The notes under the pieces were generated by a model. That model had not been told where the DNA came from, made no database searches, and saw only the letters and a list, made by a program, of their open reading frames with translations. DNA of 61,945 nucleotides, filler included, from Choristocarpus tenellus KU-1152 (Eukaryota > Protista > Phaeophyceae): NCBI GenBank assembly GCA_964200185.2. It is 9 parts of 9 records of this genome, joined end to end, with 100 filler letters (N's around TTAATTAATTAA, not from the genome) between each part and the next. Parts side by side here need not be neighbours in the genome. Positions count along the whole stretch, not along the records: positions 1 to 16,420 come from CAXNAD020000832.1; positions 16,521 to 19,370 come from CAXNAD020024207.1; positions 19,471 to 27,064 come from CAXNAD020005908.1; 6 more parts are not named here. One strand, written 5' to 3'. This document shows, piece by piece, positions 13,092 through 26,480 of this stretch. The translations under genes and the position numbers were made by a program. Each line of letters begins with the position of its first letter. Positions within the stretch are counted from its first letter, which is position 1.

Positions 13092-16048
13092 ATGGCTGTG
13101 ATCGTGTCTGCTCAGCTGGTCAATCTGACCGACAAGTCGGAGCTCAAACTTGTGGAAGCGGTAGCATCATTATTGCCTTCAGGAAAGGTAAGCACAGTTT
13201 AGATCTTCTGAGTACCCGGTTACATACACAAAGTTGTGACATCCTCTGGATGGCTGAAGGATGTTAGTCCTCTGTTGTGCACAGGATACATTTGCCTACT
13301 TTTTGCAAGTGAATGGGGTCGGAAGAAGATGGGAGACGAGGTTTCTTCCAGTACCATACAAAATATTGATTGATGCTTTTACAACTATGAGATCGAGACG
13401 TTGGTGTTCCTAATAGGTATCCCTTGCTTCCTGTGTACAGTCCGACAAAACTTGAGACTATTGTACCACACCCAACCTGCATGTTTCACAAGACAACCAA
13501 GAATCCTTGACAACCAACCTGTTGACCGATCCCTCCCCCCCCCCCCCCCCCCCCGCACAAGCCGGGGGGCACGAACGCCGCCCGCCACCCCCNNNNNNNN
13601 NNTTCACAAGACAACCAAGAATCCTTGACAACCAACCTGTTGACCGATCCCTCCCCCCCCCCCCTTCATTCATGGAGAAGGCCGAGTTCACGAAAGCTTG
13701 CAGCGACCTCATCGCGGAGGCAAATGCACCGGAGCTTATTCGGAAGTTGCTGGGGCAGCGGAATGCAATCTTGGGGATGGAGCGGACAGAAGGTGTGTGC
13801 TTCCTATGCCACCTGACCTCTGCTTTCCTCGAGGAGCAATGATACGATCTCTGGGTATTACCCGGTTGTTGGGCAAATGTGCGGCTCATGCACACACGGA
13901 AAGAGAGATAGAGGAGGCAGGTTTTAAGGTTGATGGGCTGCCATAGAAGGTGACATACAGATTTGAAAGTTCTCTTTTCGGTCGGGGGAGAAACAGTTAT
14001 TTGCCAGTTAGGATGGGGCATTCTTAAAGTCCGTCATCCTGCCCCTCCCAATTGGTTTACTCTCTTGTGGTGGAGATAGGGTTGGGGCTATCATTGTGAT
14101 ATTGAGGTAAGGTTTCGGTGTATGGTAGGTGTATATAGGACATACGTGTCTTCATGTTAGTTACGATAGTGCATGTAATAGTTGAGTTAACTATTTGGTT
14201 ATTGCTACATTTATGAATAACTAGGCAATATTCTGTGTGGTCTATTAATATTATCATATTTATACTCTATACCCCAAACCAAGTCTTGGTTCACTCCTTT
14301 AATGTCGGCATATGTCAGTTCCTCTCGGAATGAGGAAGACACTGGCCACCCACCCTGGGCTTCTGGTGTGAGCCAAACAACTGACAATCTTCATCCTTGC
14401 CCATCCACAACCACTTGGATGGAATTGGTGCATGGGATGTGATGTCATACAGATGTTGAAGGATGCTTTGGCATTCTCTTCTCCCTCCTGCACAAGACTG
14501 ACAACCCCAAGGTGGCAATGCCAGCTCTGTCAATGGAGATATCTGGAAACATTCTTGAAGTTGTGGATGGTCATGCAGCACTGCGACTCAAACTGTAAGC
14601 TACAATATAGTAGTGGAATATACTCTTCTCATGGTCGTGTTTGTGTTCCCTAATGATTGAGTTGTCAACTGAATCTAATCAGGAAAGGAGTCCATCCAAC
14701 TGTATGAAAAAGAAGAATGTCTTGACGTTTTTGTTGCATGGGTTGATGTACCATCCCATGTACCATCATCTGTTAGGTTGCAATCGAGTCACTCAAGGTT
14801 TTCTTGTTGTGCAATATTGTATTTGACATTTTTGGTAGGTTCACCTTGTAATAAGAAGTCCTTATTGTTATCCTCTTCTTGGTCATATCCCCCACCCACC
14901 TTCTCTTTGTCCCTTGTCCATTTTGTTCTCCAGAGTGACCAACCTGTATAACATGCTTCCAGTTTGCAGTGCAAGTCAGCTGGATGTATTGGTTAGTCTT
15001 ATACGCTATGCACATGTTGCCAAGCTAACGGGGATGCTTTCTACCTTTTTCACTTGTGCAGACGAGTGGATCAAGGTACGTGTTGTGGTAGCGTTGTGTT
15101 AGCGTTGTGGTAGTGTTGTGATATATTATAAGTACATACGCATGTTTAAACATCTGTCGAGTGGTATAATGTCTCCTCCTGTACATGACTGTTGTGGAAG
15201 AAGTGCCGTAGATGCTGTTCATACTGAGACATGGATTGATACTCCAGTGTGCCTTTTTTGTTGAACTTCCTGTCAGTTATTTGTAATCAGTTATTTTTTT
15301 GTCAAAAGTGTTACCAAGCCTTACTGTAATCTGGTCTCTGTGTGACTAACATGACACCTCAACAGCACCATGTTGTGATTGCTCCTCCCCACCTTGCTAT
15401 GTATTTCTCTAATCTATTATCTCCTGTGCCGTTATTCCACTTGTCTATGTACTCTGGTGCAATGCTTGTTTCATGATACATATTTCCTGGGTATCATTGC
15501 AGGGATGGGACCTTTCAGTGCATGACCAGAGGCGTCTGTACCTGCTTATTTCTGAAACCCTGGGGGATGAGGGCAAGGATGTTGAAAGTCAAAAGGTCAG
15601 TTAATCGACCTGTGCTTGTTGAGGTTACCATTTGACAATTTGGTGCACTTTTACTCAATGTCCCATGTCTCCATCTTACCCCTGCTGAACATACGTTTCC
15701 AGTCTGATGTGTCCTTAACCCTTCAAGTAACCTTTTTGCCTCAGCTGCCTACATTGTGATCCTTGAATTATGTGAAAGCAGTTGCTAAGTCTAGTAGTTG
15801 GTAGTTTGTGTGATGTGAAAACCCTACACTTAAGCTTTTTCGTGTTTGTGTGATGTGAAACTGTACTGAAACAAACTGTGTCAACTTGTCTTTCACTTGA
15901 CGTTTGAACCCGTTTGTACCAGTTCCTCATGAAGTACCTGGTGACGTTTGACGGTGCTTCTGCTGAGGAACTGTCTCAAGTTAAGGCTGCTGCTGTGAAG
16001 GGCTGTATCGGGGCAGTAAAAGCGCCCATTGTTAGCTTCACAGAACAA
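13092..16048 (+). CDS. EIF3M: Translation initiation factor 3 subunit M, 5' part (6 exons, truncated by contig end)
   Basis: Exons 13092-13187, 13681-13792, 14453-14594, 14934-15075, 15503-15595 and 15923-16048 splice in frame. Motifs DVEGCFGILFSL, LRLKLVTNLYNML, WDLSVHDQRRLYLLIS and FLMKYLVTFD...KGCIGAVKAP resemble eIF3m N-terminal to the PCI domain. Confidence 0.8.
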
Positions 16049-16420
16049 GTGAGGAGTGGACTTGATGTGCAACTATTGTCTTGGTTGTACAATTTTTTTA
16101 GACATGTCAAATTTATCAAATTTTCTGAAATACGATGCACATTTACAAGCCATGAAAATCTCCATTAGCCCTATGTCTAGAATTTCTCAACTATTTTGAA
16201 GAAGTGTTGATATATGTTTGAGCTTGAGCTTGAGTCTTATCTATGTCAATAATCTGGTTAGTCCTCCTCCTGTCATTTAGATACATTGCATTACTATTTT
16301 ACTCTACTTCTTTGTTTTCACCTCTTGTGAGGATGAAGCAGTCTGCCTTGGGGGGGGGGGGGTTCTATTAGTCTATTCAGACTACCAAAATGGGGGAGGG
16401 CGGGAGGGCGGCGTGTGGGG

Positions 16421-16520
16421 NNNNNNNNNNNNNNNNNNNNNNNNNNNNNNNNNNNNNNNNNNNNTTAATTAATTAANNNNNNNNNNNNNNNNNNNNNNNN
16501 NNNNNNNNNNNNNNNNNNNN
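16421..16520. other. Artificial contig linker N44-TTAATTAATTAA-N44
   Basis: Identical 100-nt spacers also at 19371-19470, 27065-27164, 30158-30257, 35929-36028, 39549-39648, 49665-49764 and 53606-53705; the 12-mer puts stops in all six frames. Confidence 0.97.
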
Positions 16521-16790
16521 AGAGAATATAGTGAATCTGCTCAGATCAAGCACGGATGATGCATACTGTTTGATGGGCATGGCAGGTGACATCTCAATAG
16601 GCCACCAGGAGCCATCAACCATCGCAGAACCCTCGCAGGGCCTGATGCAGAACTGTGGAAGAAGGCAATGGAACAAGAAATGGAGGGCCAACGAACCAAA
16701 GGAACCTTCCATGAGGGAGAGAGTCTGCCACCAGGGAGGAGACCCGTCAAAACCAGATTTATATTCAAAATAAAAAGGACTGCACATGAA
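16521..16790 (+). mobile_element. Ty1/Copia pol fragment (start of RT region)
   Basis: EPSTIAE, frameshift, then AGPDAELWKKAMEQEMEGQRTKGTF...LPPGRRPVKTRFIFKIKR, the Copia pre-RT signature. Confidence 0.8.
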
Positions 16791-16807
16791 GATATCGTTC
16801 TTCCAAG

Positions 16808-16966
16808 GTAATTTACACAAAATGTAGATGTTATGAAAAGGTGTGTTTGGAACAAGGATGTTGTCACCTCCTAAACAAACACGGTAGCCAAAGTTACATT
16901 GAAATTAAAACACTGGATTTTGGCCCCCAAATAGACGCAGCTCTTCCCTCTAAGATACTTTGGCTA
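16808..16966. mobile_element. MITE family A, partial (one end)
   Basis: Internal family sequence ending CCCTCTAAGATACTTTGGCT. Confidence 0.8.
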
Positions 16967-18949
16967 ATGTTGAGCTGTGATAAGCAATTTTTACAAAAAT
17001 AGATAAGACCTGCACCTGTTTCAAGGAGTACCTGGATAAGCATTCTCGAGTGAACTCTGCGTGGGTGACATAGCAGGGCATATGTCGATACTTGACTAGC
17101 ACCATAGGCCGGTGTTGTGGTGAATATTATCGAGGTGGGAATGAAAGTCTAAATGTCTATAGTTGGAATGACATGACTGGAAACTCAGACTCCATGGTGT
17201 AACTTCAAGACGACCCTGCAGCGTCCGAATCGGTTGGGCTTCTCGCGAGTAGTGGAGGGAGTTTCGAGTCTTGTATCGCTGCTAGGTATCGGAGATGCAT
17301 TTCTATTCAGGCTACCATCGTACAAGATGCTGCAGTGGATTGAGTACCCGGAGGTCATCGGTGGGTTCCTGAAAGGTGTGAGAAGGTTCCCCTGGAGACG
17401 AACAAGTCTTGTGTGTACCTGCACTCGTCAGTTATGTACGTGACACAGTCTTGACCATAGGCATGATGAAAGCAAACTCGGTGGACCTTTAGTCGTATAT
17501 CGACTTTGACCTGGGAGGCAGATGATGGAGGTAAGCCTTTGCCCGAATCGTGCCGACTTCTATCGCTTGCCCTGTCTGTGACTTAGAGCAAGTGGGGAAT
17601 AAACCACAGGCTGGGGAACGGATGCGACTGGTCGAACGGGTTGTGATGCATTGCTTTTTGGGAACGAACGAGGTACCGTATTTGCCGGGAACGGAGGAAG
17701 GTTGGGTATTTAAGGCTGAACAGACAGCGGTTGAGGAGTTCTGGGTTAAAACAGGTTGAAGCATCGGTGCAAGGGCTGCCAGTACACGGTTGACAACCTC
17801 TCTGTATAAAAGTGAAGTTTGGCTTGATACCTATTTGTGCATGGAAGTCCTGTTGTGACGATATAGTCCCTGTTTCTGCCTGACGATCGGGGTTTCGGCT
17901 GAGGCAGCGGAAGGGTGTGACATGCTAGCAAACGAGCGCATCCACCATCTACCCAAACCAGTGTAAGTCTTCTCCTTATACAATGCAGCTTTTCAACATT
18001 TTGATTGGCTGGGGTAAATCGGTCGCTTCGATTGGATAACTCTTTCATGAGATCATCAATACTCCGTTAAAGGATTACTCTTCGAAATTCCTAGTGGGTG
18101 AATTTGGTTTCTAATCTATAAAGTAAATATCCAATATATAATATATAGAGAATAGAGGGAAATTTGATATGGATAGGACTTTGGCTAGGAGAGTTGGGCT
18201 CGTTCGTACAAATCAATGAGTTGATCTTCACCTATATATCCCCCCCCAAAAGAACTTCATATGCATGAGGCATCCGCAAGTCCACCGTATACGCTCAATA
18301 GTGGAAAACTAGGCTATGGCCGCAGCCTTCAGTGTCACACCTTTCTCTTTCTCCTCTACTTTTTTAAAAATAACACATGGCAACCTTCACCACGATTTTC
18401 GGCTCGCCATCCTAAACGGGTGCATTCTCTCACCGAAATATGGACCCACTCAGTTTCCGTAACGTCGTCTCAACGGACCTGTAAGAGCTCTCCTTTCATG
18501 CATGAGACGTTGATTGCAGACGAAGCACCTGAAAGGACCGCTGTGTGTCCTAAGAAAGTCAGACAAGAGTTTTCGAGGAGCTCGATGTGGAAAAGGGATG
18601 AAATTGTTGATGTGTGAACGCGATGCATAAACACGTTTGAGCCATCATGACTGCTGCAAGAGTTCTCGCAAAGNNNNNNNNNNCTCGCAAAGTCTGGCCC
18701 TGGGCAGGAACCTCTCCGAACTACTGATTCCCAGCGGAACCTGTGAAGTAAAACAACAGCGTGACACACGAAAAACAGATCAGGAATGTGAGTGTGTGAA
18801 TGGCAAGGAAGAACTACCTAGGCAACATCCGTACCATGGTGGTCAAAAACCAATCGTTTACAACTATAAGTGGATGATATGGTGGTCAGAGACCACTTGT
18901 TGTACAACAATGAAGGGTGATGGTTCCCTCGGAGCCACAGATGCCATCA

Positions 18950-19219
18950 AAGCGATCGTATCTTAGAGGGTAAGAGTTTTGCCCTATTTGTTCATTCTGG
19001 GCTTGGCTTCCCACGGGTCCCTTGTGACATTTTACCTACTCCGAAATCACTCCGAAATGATTCGGAGTAGGTAAAATGTGTATGTCATGAAAATTTGTTT
19101 TCGGAACAAGGATATTGATACTTCCTAACAAACACAATAGCCAAGATAGCATCAACATCGCACCATTGGATTTTGGCCCCCAATTGGATGCGGCTCTACC
19201 CTCTAAGATAATTTGACTC
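18950..19219. mobile_element. MITE family A copy, TSD ATCA
   Basis: TIRs present; ATCA at 18946-18949 and 19220-19223. Confidence 0.9.
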
Positions 19220-19799
19220 ATCACACCCACGGAGACGACGAGGCCAAGACGAAGAAACCACGCAGACGCCAAATGAGGATCACAAACCCAAGTGAGAAAA
19301 GAAAATAATCCAGGCAGACGTAGGAAGCTACAAAGATCCTGTTGAAACCTGAATCGAATGCATCGTACATNNNNNNNNNNNNNNNNNNNNNNNNNNNNNN
19401 NNNNNNNNNNNNNNTTAATTAATTAANNNNNNNNNNNNNNNNNNNNNNNNNNNNNNNNNNNNNNNNNNNNCCAATATATATATATATTTATACCAAAATT
19501 TCCCCCCACCCCAAAAAGAGAACATATCCATAAATATTTGTAGTAAATATTTTAACACAGGCGCAACAAAAAAAATCACAGATTTTGAACAAAAGAAGAG
19601 GCAAAAAGCTCTACCACTCAGGTACATGGTTAGGGGTTAGGGTCTCTGCCAAGTTAAATACTCAATGAAGAAAGTCATCATGCCAAGGATACATTATTAG
19701 TGAACGGTATCAAGCAGAGACACCCATACGGTCACCTTCATCTCTACTAGAAATTAACATCTAACGTGTTTTTCCCATACTAATTCCAACGACAAACTG

Positions 19800-19937
19800 G
19801 AAACCACAGAGGAAAACCTACAGTATACTTACACTATCCATCCGACGCATGCAACTAAATCACCCAAACATGTGACATGGAAAAATGGGACCTAAATGGA
19901 CAGCCGCCCCCCCCCCCCCCCCAGATACTTTTAGCTA
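19800..19937. mobile_element. MITE family B, one end
   Basis: AAATGGACAGCCG-polyC-AGATACTTTTAGC terminus. Confidence 0.7.
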
Positions 19938-20507
19938 CATCATCCATTCCCTCCCAGCCTTACTACCCAGCTTTACAGGGAGTACAAATAACATCCCAAT
20001 ACAGTAAGAGAACAGTATGGGGGACATGAACTGAACTGCATAAGCAGGCATGCCCATAGAGGCACTTTTTCTCTTCTCCTAATAAGCATCTGACAAGTTT
20101 CTCCCCATACCAATCCAGTGACAACAAGGAAACCACCCGGTAAAGCCTACTTTTCCCTTCCCTTGCAACCTTCTCAGTCAGCTTTTCAAGGGGCGCAAAA
20201 ATTAACACATTCATCCACGCGTGACAAAAGATGCAACACTAAGTATTCCCTCCCAAAAAAATAGCTCCCCCGCATTGAACTACTCAGCTCACACCAACAC
20301 ACAACCCTAATTCAAGGATCTACCTTGTGGTGGGCAGGATCAAGTATCACCAACAATACTCATATCATGTATACTTGTCTCATGTTTGTTACAAAAAGTT
20401 ATTTTCTCCACATACAACATGTCTAGCAACAGCAACTTTGCTTTGTGCATGTCCCCCCCCATTCCTCATGCACCATCATATCTATAATAAATAATCATTC
20501 CCAGTAC

Positions 20508-22876
20508 TCACTCCATCTTTGGACACTTCATGGCCTCAGTTCGCAGCCTCTTTCTCTTGTCCTCCTCGGATCTCAAAGAGAGATGCTTGGCCTGACACCC
20601 TGACCAAGCATGATCCCCCACATGGCTCTCTTTCCAAGCATGTTGATTTCTATTTACATTTGTGCGATGTCCTCTCTCCCTAATGTAAGGTGGTGGGGAG
20701 TTGAAGATGGTGGATGGCAGATAGGGCAGTGAAGATCTCCTCCACATAAATGACCCAGGTCCACTCTCTCCCCTCATAGAGACCTCCATGTTTCTTGTCG
20801 ACCTATGGCCAATTTCAAGAGGTGGATTTGGTGGAACAACCAAAGGAGGACATGCCAGATCATCAGCTGCCAGTGAATTCACTGTTTGGGTTTCTGTGAA
20901 AGACCCAACGCAGCTTTCTGCACTCCTGTATTGATTATTCCATGCAGACGTTTCACTTTGCATTGACCTTCCCTGCAGCGATGGAAGAGTCTTGATGCCT
21001 GTTGACAATAGTGGGGTTCCCCACAATACTGTTGTGGAAAGATGTACTTGTGGTGGTAAGCCTGGTGTCCCATTATCCACCAATGCTGCACCTAGCAGGT
21101 CAGTCTGCCATGGTGCTACTGAGGGTCGAACTAGGGTCCACTGGTGGTTGGTGGCCCTGGTCCTACCGCTCAAATTACCGTATGTGGGATAGTGGTGCGA
21201 TTTTGTGGAGAGACCAAACTCATGAACTCGATTGAAGCGATACTTGCCATGCTGATCTGGTGTATCAATCGTAAATTGACCTAGTTGAGGGTCCTCCCTC
21301 TCTCCTGTGGCCCTTACTGCTCTTGTGGTCATGGGCGCATTTTTCGAGACAGAACCCTTCCGTGCACTGAAGATGCACTGTTTTTTGCACCGAACACAGC
21401 GAGAGCATGGCATCACCCCATTGCAAGCCTGTACATGAACATGGAGAGTTAAAAACGCATATTATGAGCACCTAACCATATCGTTTGAAAGTAAGAATTG
21501 GGTGTTGATCGTAAATGCCTCTCCTTGCATATTACCTCTACAATACAAAGAGTACTATACCAAGACAGATACGAGTAAACAGAGTCCACTGAAAGTTGGA
21601 ATGAACCTCATCACACCAGCAATCTCTGCTACTATTTATACAGGAGTTAAAGCACCCTAGAAAGATAATCAAGTACAAGCAATATCCTCTTACACATTGC
21701 GTACTGCATTAGCCAGCAGCAGATGAAGAGTACCGGGCTAGAGTCGTCACAATAAGCATAGTGGGTATGTGTCACTGCAAATTTGGGTTACAGGCACAGT
21801 CCCAGAGGAAAACAAAATGATACAAGCGCCCAGTACTCCTGGTCGGTGTTTAGACGAAGTGCAAAGTGTAGATGGATTGCATGTTAACGAAGAAAGAAAG
21901 AAAAAACTATTTGAGTAGGCCAAGTACTGAAGGGGAGGTACTCTGAACTTTATTAACGGAGTGTCAGCACCTTTCAGTTCTACTTTGATCAGGCTCTCTG
22001 AGCAAAACAGAGGGTGGTCAGGACCTGAGATTTAGTTGTCCCCAGAGATTTGGGAGACGCTAAAATATGAAGTTAACCTGTACGATCAACTGTGTATCAA
22101 TTTGCGAATTGCTCTTAATTAACGTGGAGTGGGGAAAAAGTTAAGATTCTGCCTTACTAGATAAAACTCAGGGCGGAAATGGAAGTGAAGTAGGCTTGAA
22201 CTCTGGGACTCAACTGAAGACGACTTGAAAAGTCATGACGAGGTAAAGCGTAGAGCTAGGGATGAAGTGGTAGACGACAATGAATGTTCATCTAACTGAT
22301 AGTAGTGTGTAATCTCACCTTCTTATGTCGCCTACACAGGTCACATGTTTTGCGTAGTTTGGGCATTGGACAAGACAGAGAGTTGATGCTGGTCTCTGAA
22401 GATATCTGTTGGGCATCCATAGTCGTAGCAGCAATCCCTTGAATAGCAATAGGGACAACTGGCTCGGGGAGAAAAATGCTTTGCCCTTTTCCAGCCCAAT
22501 CACTCAAAAATCCAACCTCCGCACTATCGACACTCCTACCCATACTTCCTGGACAGGATGCCGTTGCTGTTGCCCTTAGCAACCCACAATCTTGTGTGCA
22601 GCTTTTCCCCTGCCCCATCTCAATACGAGAGGTAGATGGCAGGACCTGGTCCTCCAGACGCCTCGTCGAGGCTTCATTTACAGTATCATTGTAAACATAG
22701 GGTTGTAACGATGACTGTTCCAGAACTGAGGCGTAAATTGGTTTACCAATTGAAAGCACTGACGGCACTGAAGAGAGACTGGTATCATTGAGAGGGGCGG
22801 GCGTTGTAAAGGGAGCGGCATCTGGTCTGTACACCACCCCGGAAGGAAACGCATTGTAGTAGTCCTTAGACTCCAT
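20508..22876 (-). CDS. Zn(II)2Cys6 (GAL4-type) binuclear cluster transcription factor (at least 2 exons)
   Basis: Exons 22876-22319 and 21428-20508 (AAG|GTGAGA...CAG|GCT) join to KLRKTCDLCRRHKKACNGVMPCSRCVRCKKQCIFS, i.e. C-x2-C-x6-C-x5-C-x2-C-x6-C. The 3' end may splice further at GA|GTGAGT near 20511. Confidence 0.85.
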
Positions 22877-23282
22877 GTTGATGTAAGCAGACGTTTGCGC
22901 AATACTACAAGCGCGTAACAGAGCACGTAATCCGAGTTCTGGGTTAAAGTCTCCCCCCTGAATAAATGCTTCAGAGGAGATACGACTTGGTCAACCCTCG
23001 GGTAAGGCTTGGGAATCAATACTGCCTGCATTCGATGGAGCGCGAGGTGGACGAATCCTTGTACATTAACCTAAACCTTAGAAAGAAGTTAATGTGGTCT
23101 ATTTCACTATTTCTACGAATAAATCACTGTTGATTTCCACCAATAAGAACTCCACCCTTGCGGTATGATCACCATTCTTTAGTATAAGTCATTCCCTGTC
23201 TAAGGCTCCACAACATCAGAGCCGATATGGGACCCCATTTCAGAAACTGCCCGGTATGGTGTTGGAGAACATACAAATAATA

Positions 23283-23596
23283 CTATATTATTATGCCCTC
23301 TGACATTTTGCAGATGTGTCAGGGGGAAACCAATGAAAACTTAAATATAGCAAACAACGACCAACACCTGTTCCTTATTTTTATCCTATTTCTTATTGGT
23401 TTCTTTTGTTAACCTGTAATTGACAACTATATTTTATCAACTATTGTTGTACTACTCACTATAGATTTGTAGTCATCCATCCCCCTTTCATCGGTATTTA
23501 TATAAATAAAAATTAATGTCGGTTGAACGATTTTCATACTTGTACCTTCACGTTGGGAGGAGTAGGATTTGTCAGAGGGCATAATAAAAATATAAT
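23283..23596. mobile_element. MITE family C (TIR TATTATGCCCTCTGACA)
   Basis: TTATTATGCCCTCTGACA near 23288 is inverted at ~23570-23587; another copy of the end lies at 27432-27480. Confidence 0.7.
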
Positions 23597-23837
23597 TTGG
23601 GAGTAGGATTCGATGAACAAGGTACTCCTGAGGTCAGCTCACGCAAGGAAACCGTTAGTCTACGTGCAAGTGTCTGGTAGACAGAGAGGGAGAGACGAGG
23701 GGTGTTTAGCAAGAGGTGACCATGGGTATTTGCCACGGGTTAATAAAAACCCTTAGATTGGGTTGGAGATGGTGCGCTGACGTATGCTGGGGGTCGTCAC
23801 TGAGGCAGGGTTGTTGGGTGTCAAAATGTGGAAGCAT

Positions 23838-23882
23838 TGGGCAATCAGGGCAAAACTCCTACTCTCTAAGATACGTTCACTT
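23838..23882. mobile_element. MITE family A terminal fragment
   Basis: CAGGGCAAAACTCCTACTCTCTAAGATACGTTCACT. Confidence 0.65.
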
Positions 23883-25240
23883 ACACAATGTTGCATCTCA
23901 TCCCCATTTTATACCTCTTGGAACAAATTTCTTGCTCTATCGACCACAAGGTAGACAAGGATTTAGCTAGTTTTTAACCGCTTACAACTTCTCTATAATG
24001 ATAGCTATGTAGATTGATGCTGCACCAAACTATTTTGAACTCTTGACAGTAAATATCAAGTTGCACTCAATACAACAGATTTTTTTCCAAGTGTGAGTGA
24101 AAGACATGAAACATAACAAACCGTGAAACGCCCTCTTCTTCTTTGTGGTATCAAGTTTAAGGTACCATGATTATTTTTTTGCGTTCTTTTCTTCCTTCTT
24201 AGCTGATTGTGGGCGCGTTTTGTAGTCCATGTATGTGCGATGTTGAAGAGTTCGATTTCGCATTCTGACCGAGAATAGCACTGAAAACTTGTTACCTAAG
24301 GCACGACAAGCTGCTGAATCGTATACTGTGTGTTTGAACGCAGGACAAGGAATAGTTACCTTGATCCGCAATACAACATGAGGTGAGTTACAATAGTGTC
24401 TATCAGCGACCAGTTTCGAGGGTTGTCATTTTTTGCTTATATGGTCCAAGAGAGTGGTGTTTTGGTTTTGTTGGGATGATTGAAACGACACCTTGAGAAG
24501 CAGTGGTGTGTGAAGTTCCTCTTACCACAGGTTGGGATAGTCCAAAGTCCTATGTGAGAATAATAATCATTAATTTATCAATCCGAAGAATAATTGGGAA
24601 CTGGCTTGTCAGACAAGCGTATCAGAAATGTTTCTACATCTTGGAAGTAGAGGCGTTTTTGTTTCTGATTTTTATTGGTCTTTCTTCTGGTCTAGTAGAA
24701 ATACAGTCAACTTACATTTTTGACCTTCCCATTTCTAGCTTTAATTTATAGATTCAGTAACTTCCAACTTCAACCACTCAAGCAAACCGCCGTCAAGATC
24801 TGCATTCCAAATTTGAAAAAGATAATCTTAACAAAGAAGCAAGGAGCCGAAACCAGTTGTATGCAAGAAAGAACCACAATGGTTGCATATGTCCTTTTGA
24901 CTCTTTTGGTAGAAGCAATTCATTGAGAATAGATGTCATTGTCGTATGTATAAAGTAGACATCCCATACACGAAATTTCTTGGTTTGTACAATTGTTTAT
25001 TGGTGACGAAGTGGGGTATTTGTGGTGCAGACGGGTAAAGTGCTTCAACAATGATATAAAATCTATGTTTTGAATCTAGGACGAGAAAATGGCATATCGA
25101 ATCAGCGTTCAGGGGCAAGATGTATTGGATTCCTCTTTTTCTCCAGGGCTACAGCACTTTTGAGTAGCTGATGTTATGGCATAGTCTGAAAGTGTTGTAT
25201 ATTTGCGAGAGTATGAGAAGCCAAAATTATGTGAGGCTCA

Positions 25241-25423
25241 GGCTCAAAGTGTCTGGGGGGAGGGGTGGCGGCTATCCATTTGGGGTCAATTCTTTTCATG
25301 TCGCGATGCTTGGGTGATTTGGTTGCGTATGTTGGATGGATAATATAAATAAACATCTTCTGATTTTGGTCAAAATGGACACCCTGGTGTAGACCCCCCC
25401 CCCCCCCCCAGATTCTTCGGGTC
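25241..25423. mobile_element. MITE family B copy (~180 bp), TSD (C)TCA
   Basis: GGCTCAAAGTGTCT-polyG ... polyC-AGATTCTTCGGGTC; CTCA on both sides, sharing the terminal C. Confidence 0.85.
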
Positions 25424-25560
25424 TCATAACACGTTAAAACCTTGAATATCATGAATCGTTGCGTTTCATTAAGTTCTCTGTGTAGAGGCTTCAAGTATTA
25501 TAGTCGAAGAGGTGACCAAGTGCACTGAAGAACTGTTGTAATTCATTTGGATAGATCTTG

Positions 25561-25751
25561 GGCTCAAAGTATCTTTGGGGGGGGGGGGGGGGGGGCAGGT
25601 GGCGTTTCTGGGGCCTTTTTTCCATTCCAGAATTTTTTTGGGGGGTGTGTGTCTCTGGGTGGTATGGATAATTATAAGCGCATTTCTATTGGTCAGGGCC
25701 CGAACGGACACCCTGGTGTAGACCCCCCCCACCCCCCAGATACTTTGAGTC
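25561..25751. mobile_element. MITE family B copy
   Basis: GGCTCAAAGTATCT-polyG ... polyC-AGATACTTTGAGTC. Confidence 0.85.
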
Positions 25752-25790
25752 TCTGTAAGTGCCATGTACCTTTGCCTGTTCCTCTGTTTT

Positions 25791-26480
25791 GGGTCAAAGT
25801 ATCTGGGGAGGGGGGTGTCGGCGTCCGTTTTTCACCCTTTCTTCGATTTTCATTTTTTGTTGTGATTTGGTTGCACGTGTCGGATTTGAAATGTCAGCAA
25901 TAAAAAGAGGAGTGCTGGTTAGGTTCCTTTCTTTCCTTGCGTACGCAAGAGAAATGGGAATATATGCCACCATTTATTTGGGTTTGGTTAGGAGTTTCGA
26001 CGTTAGCATGTGTCAGATTTCGAGTCTGTTCAAACTGGATTATTGGTTTATGTATGTTGATCGTGCAGTTACGATGAAGAATAAGAGATGGGTTAGGTTG
26101 TTCCAGGGCTGGATATTGGTTTGTTTGGTTGCATGAGTGGGATTTGGTCAGCACACAAAGAGGGCTGTCAGTTAGGGTGTGTTTTCCCACTGTTAGGATG
26201 AGGAATTGAAAAAAAGACTATGGACTGTTGCGTGTTTGTTTTTTTTCGTTCATTTGCTTGCATGAGTCGTGTCTGGTATGTATACAAAGAGGACTGTCAG
26301 TTAGGACCTGTTCTCCCGGTGTGTGCACGAGGAACAAAAACATATATCATGTGTACTGTTTTAAATATAGTACTTCGTTTATTTGCGTGCATGTGTCGGA
26401 TTTAGTATGTAAACAAACGTGGTTGTCGCTGAGGGTGTTAGGGTTGAAGTTGTTGGTATGAAGGAAGGGAAAAGGGTCAG
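25791..26480 (+). repeat. Family-B terminus followed by five degenerate ~129-bp tandem units
   Basis: GGGTCAAAGTATCTGGGG at 25791; motif TTGCATGWGTCGGATTT recurs at ~25871, 26003, 26129, 26259 and 26387. Confidence 0.65.

Noticed and set aside
13485-13665. Direct repeat TTCACAAGACAACC...GATCCCTCCCCC in eIF3m intron 1
   Set aside because: The two copies straddle a 10-N gap next to polyC; most likely an unmerged assembly overlap.
17000-18940. Possible LTR/gag remnant
   Set aside because: A PPT-like tract lies near 18245, but no diagnostic protein motif or LTR boundary could be fixed.
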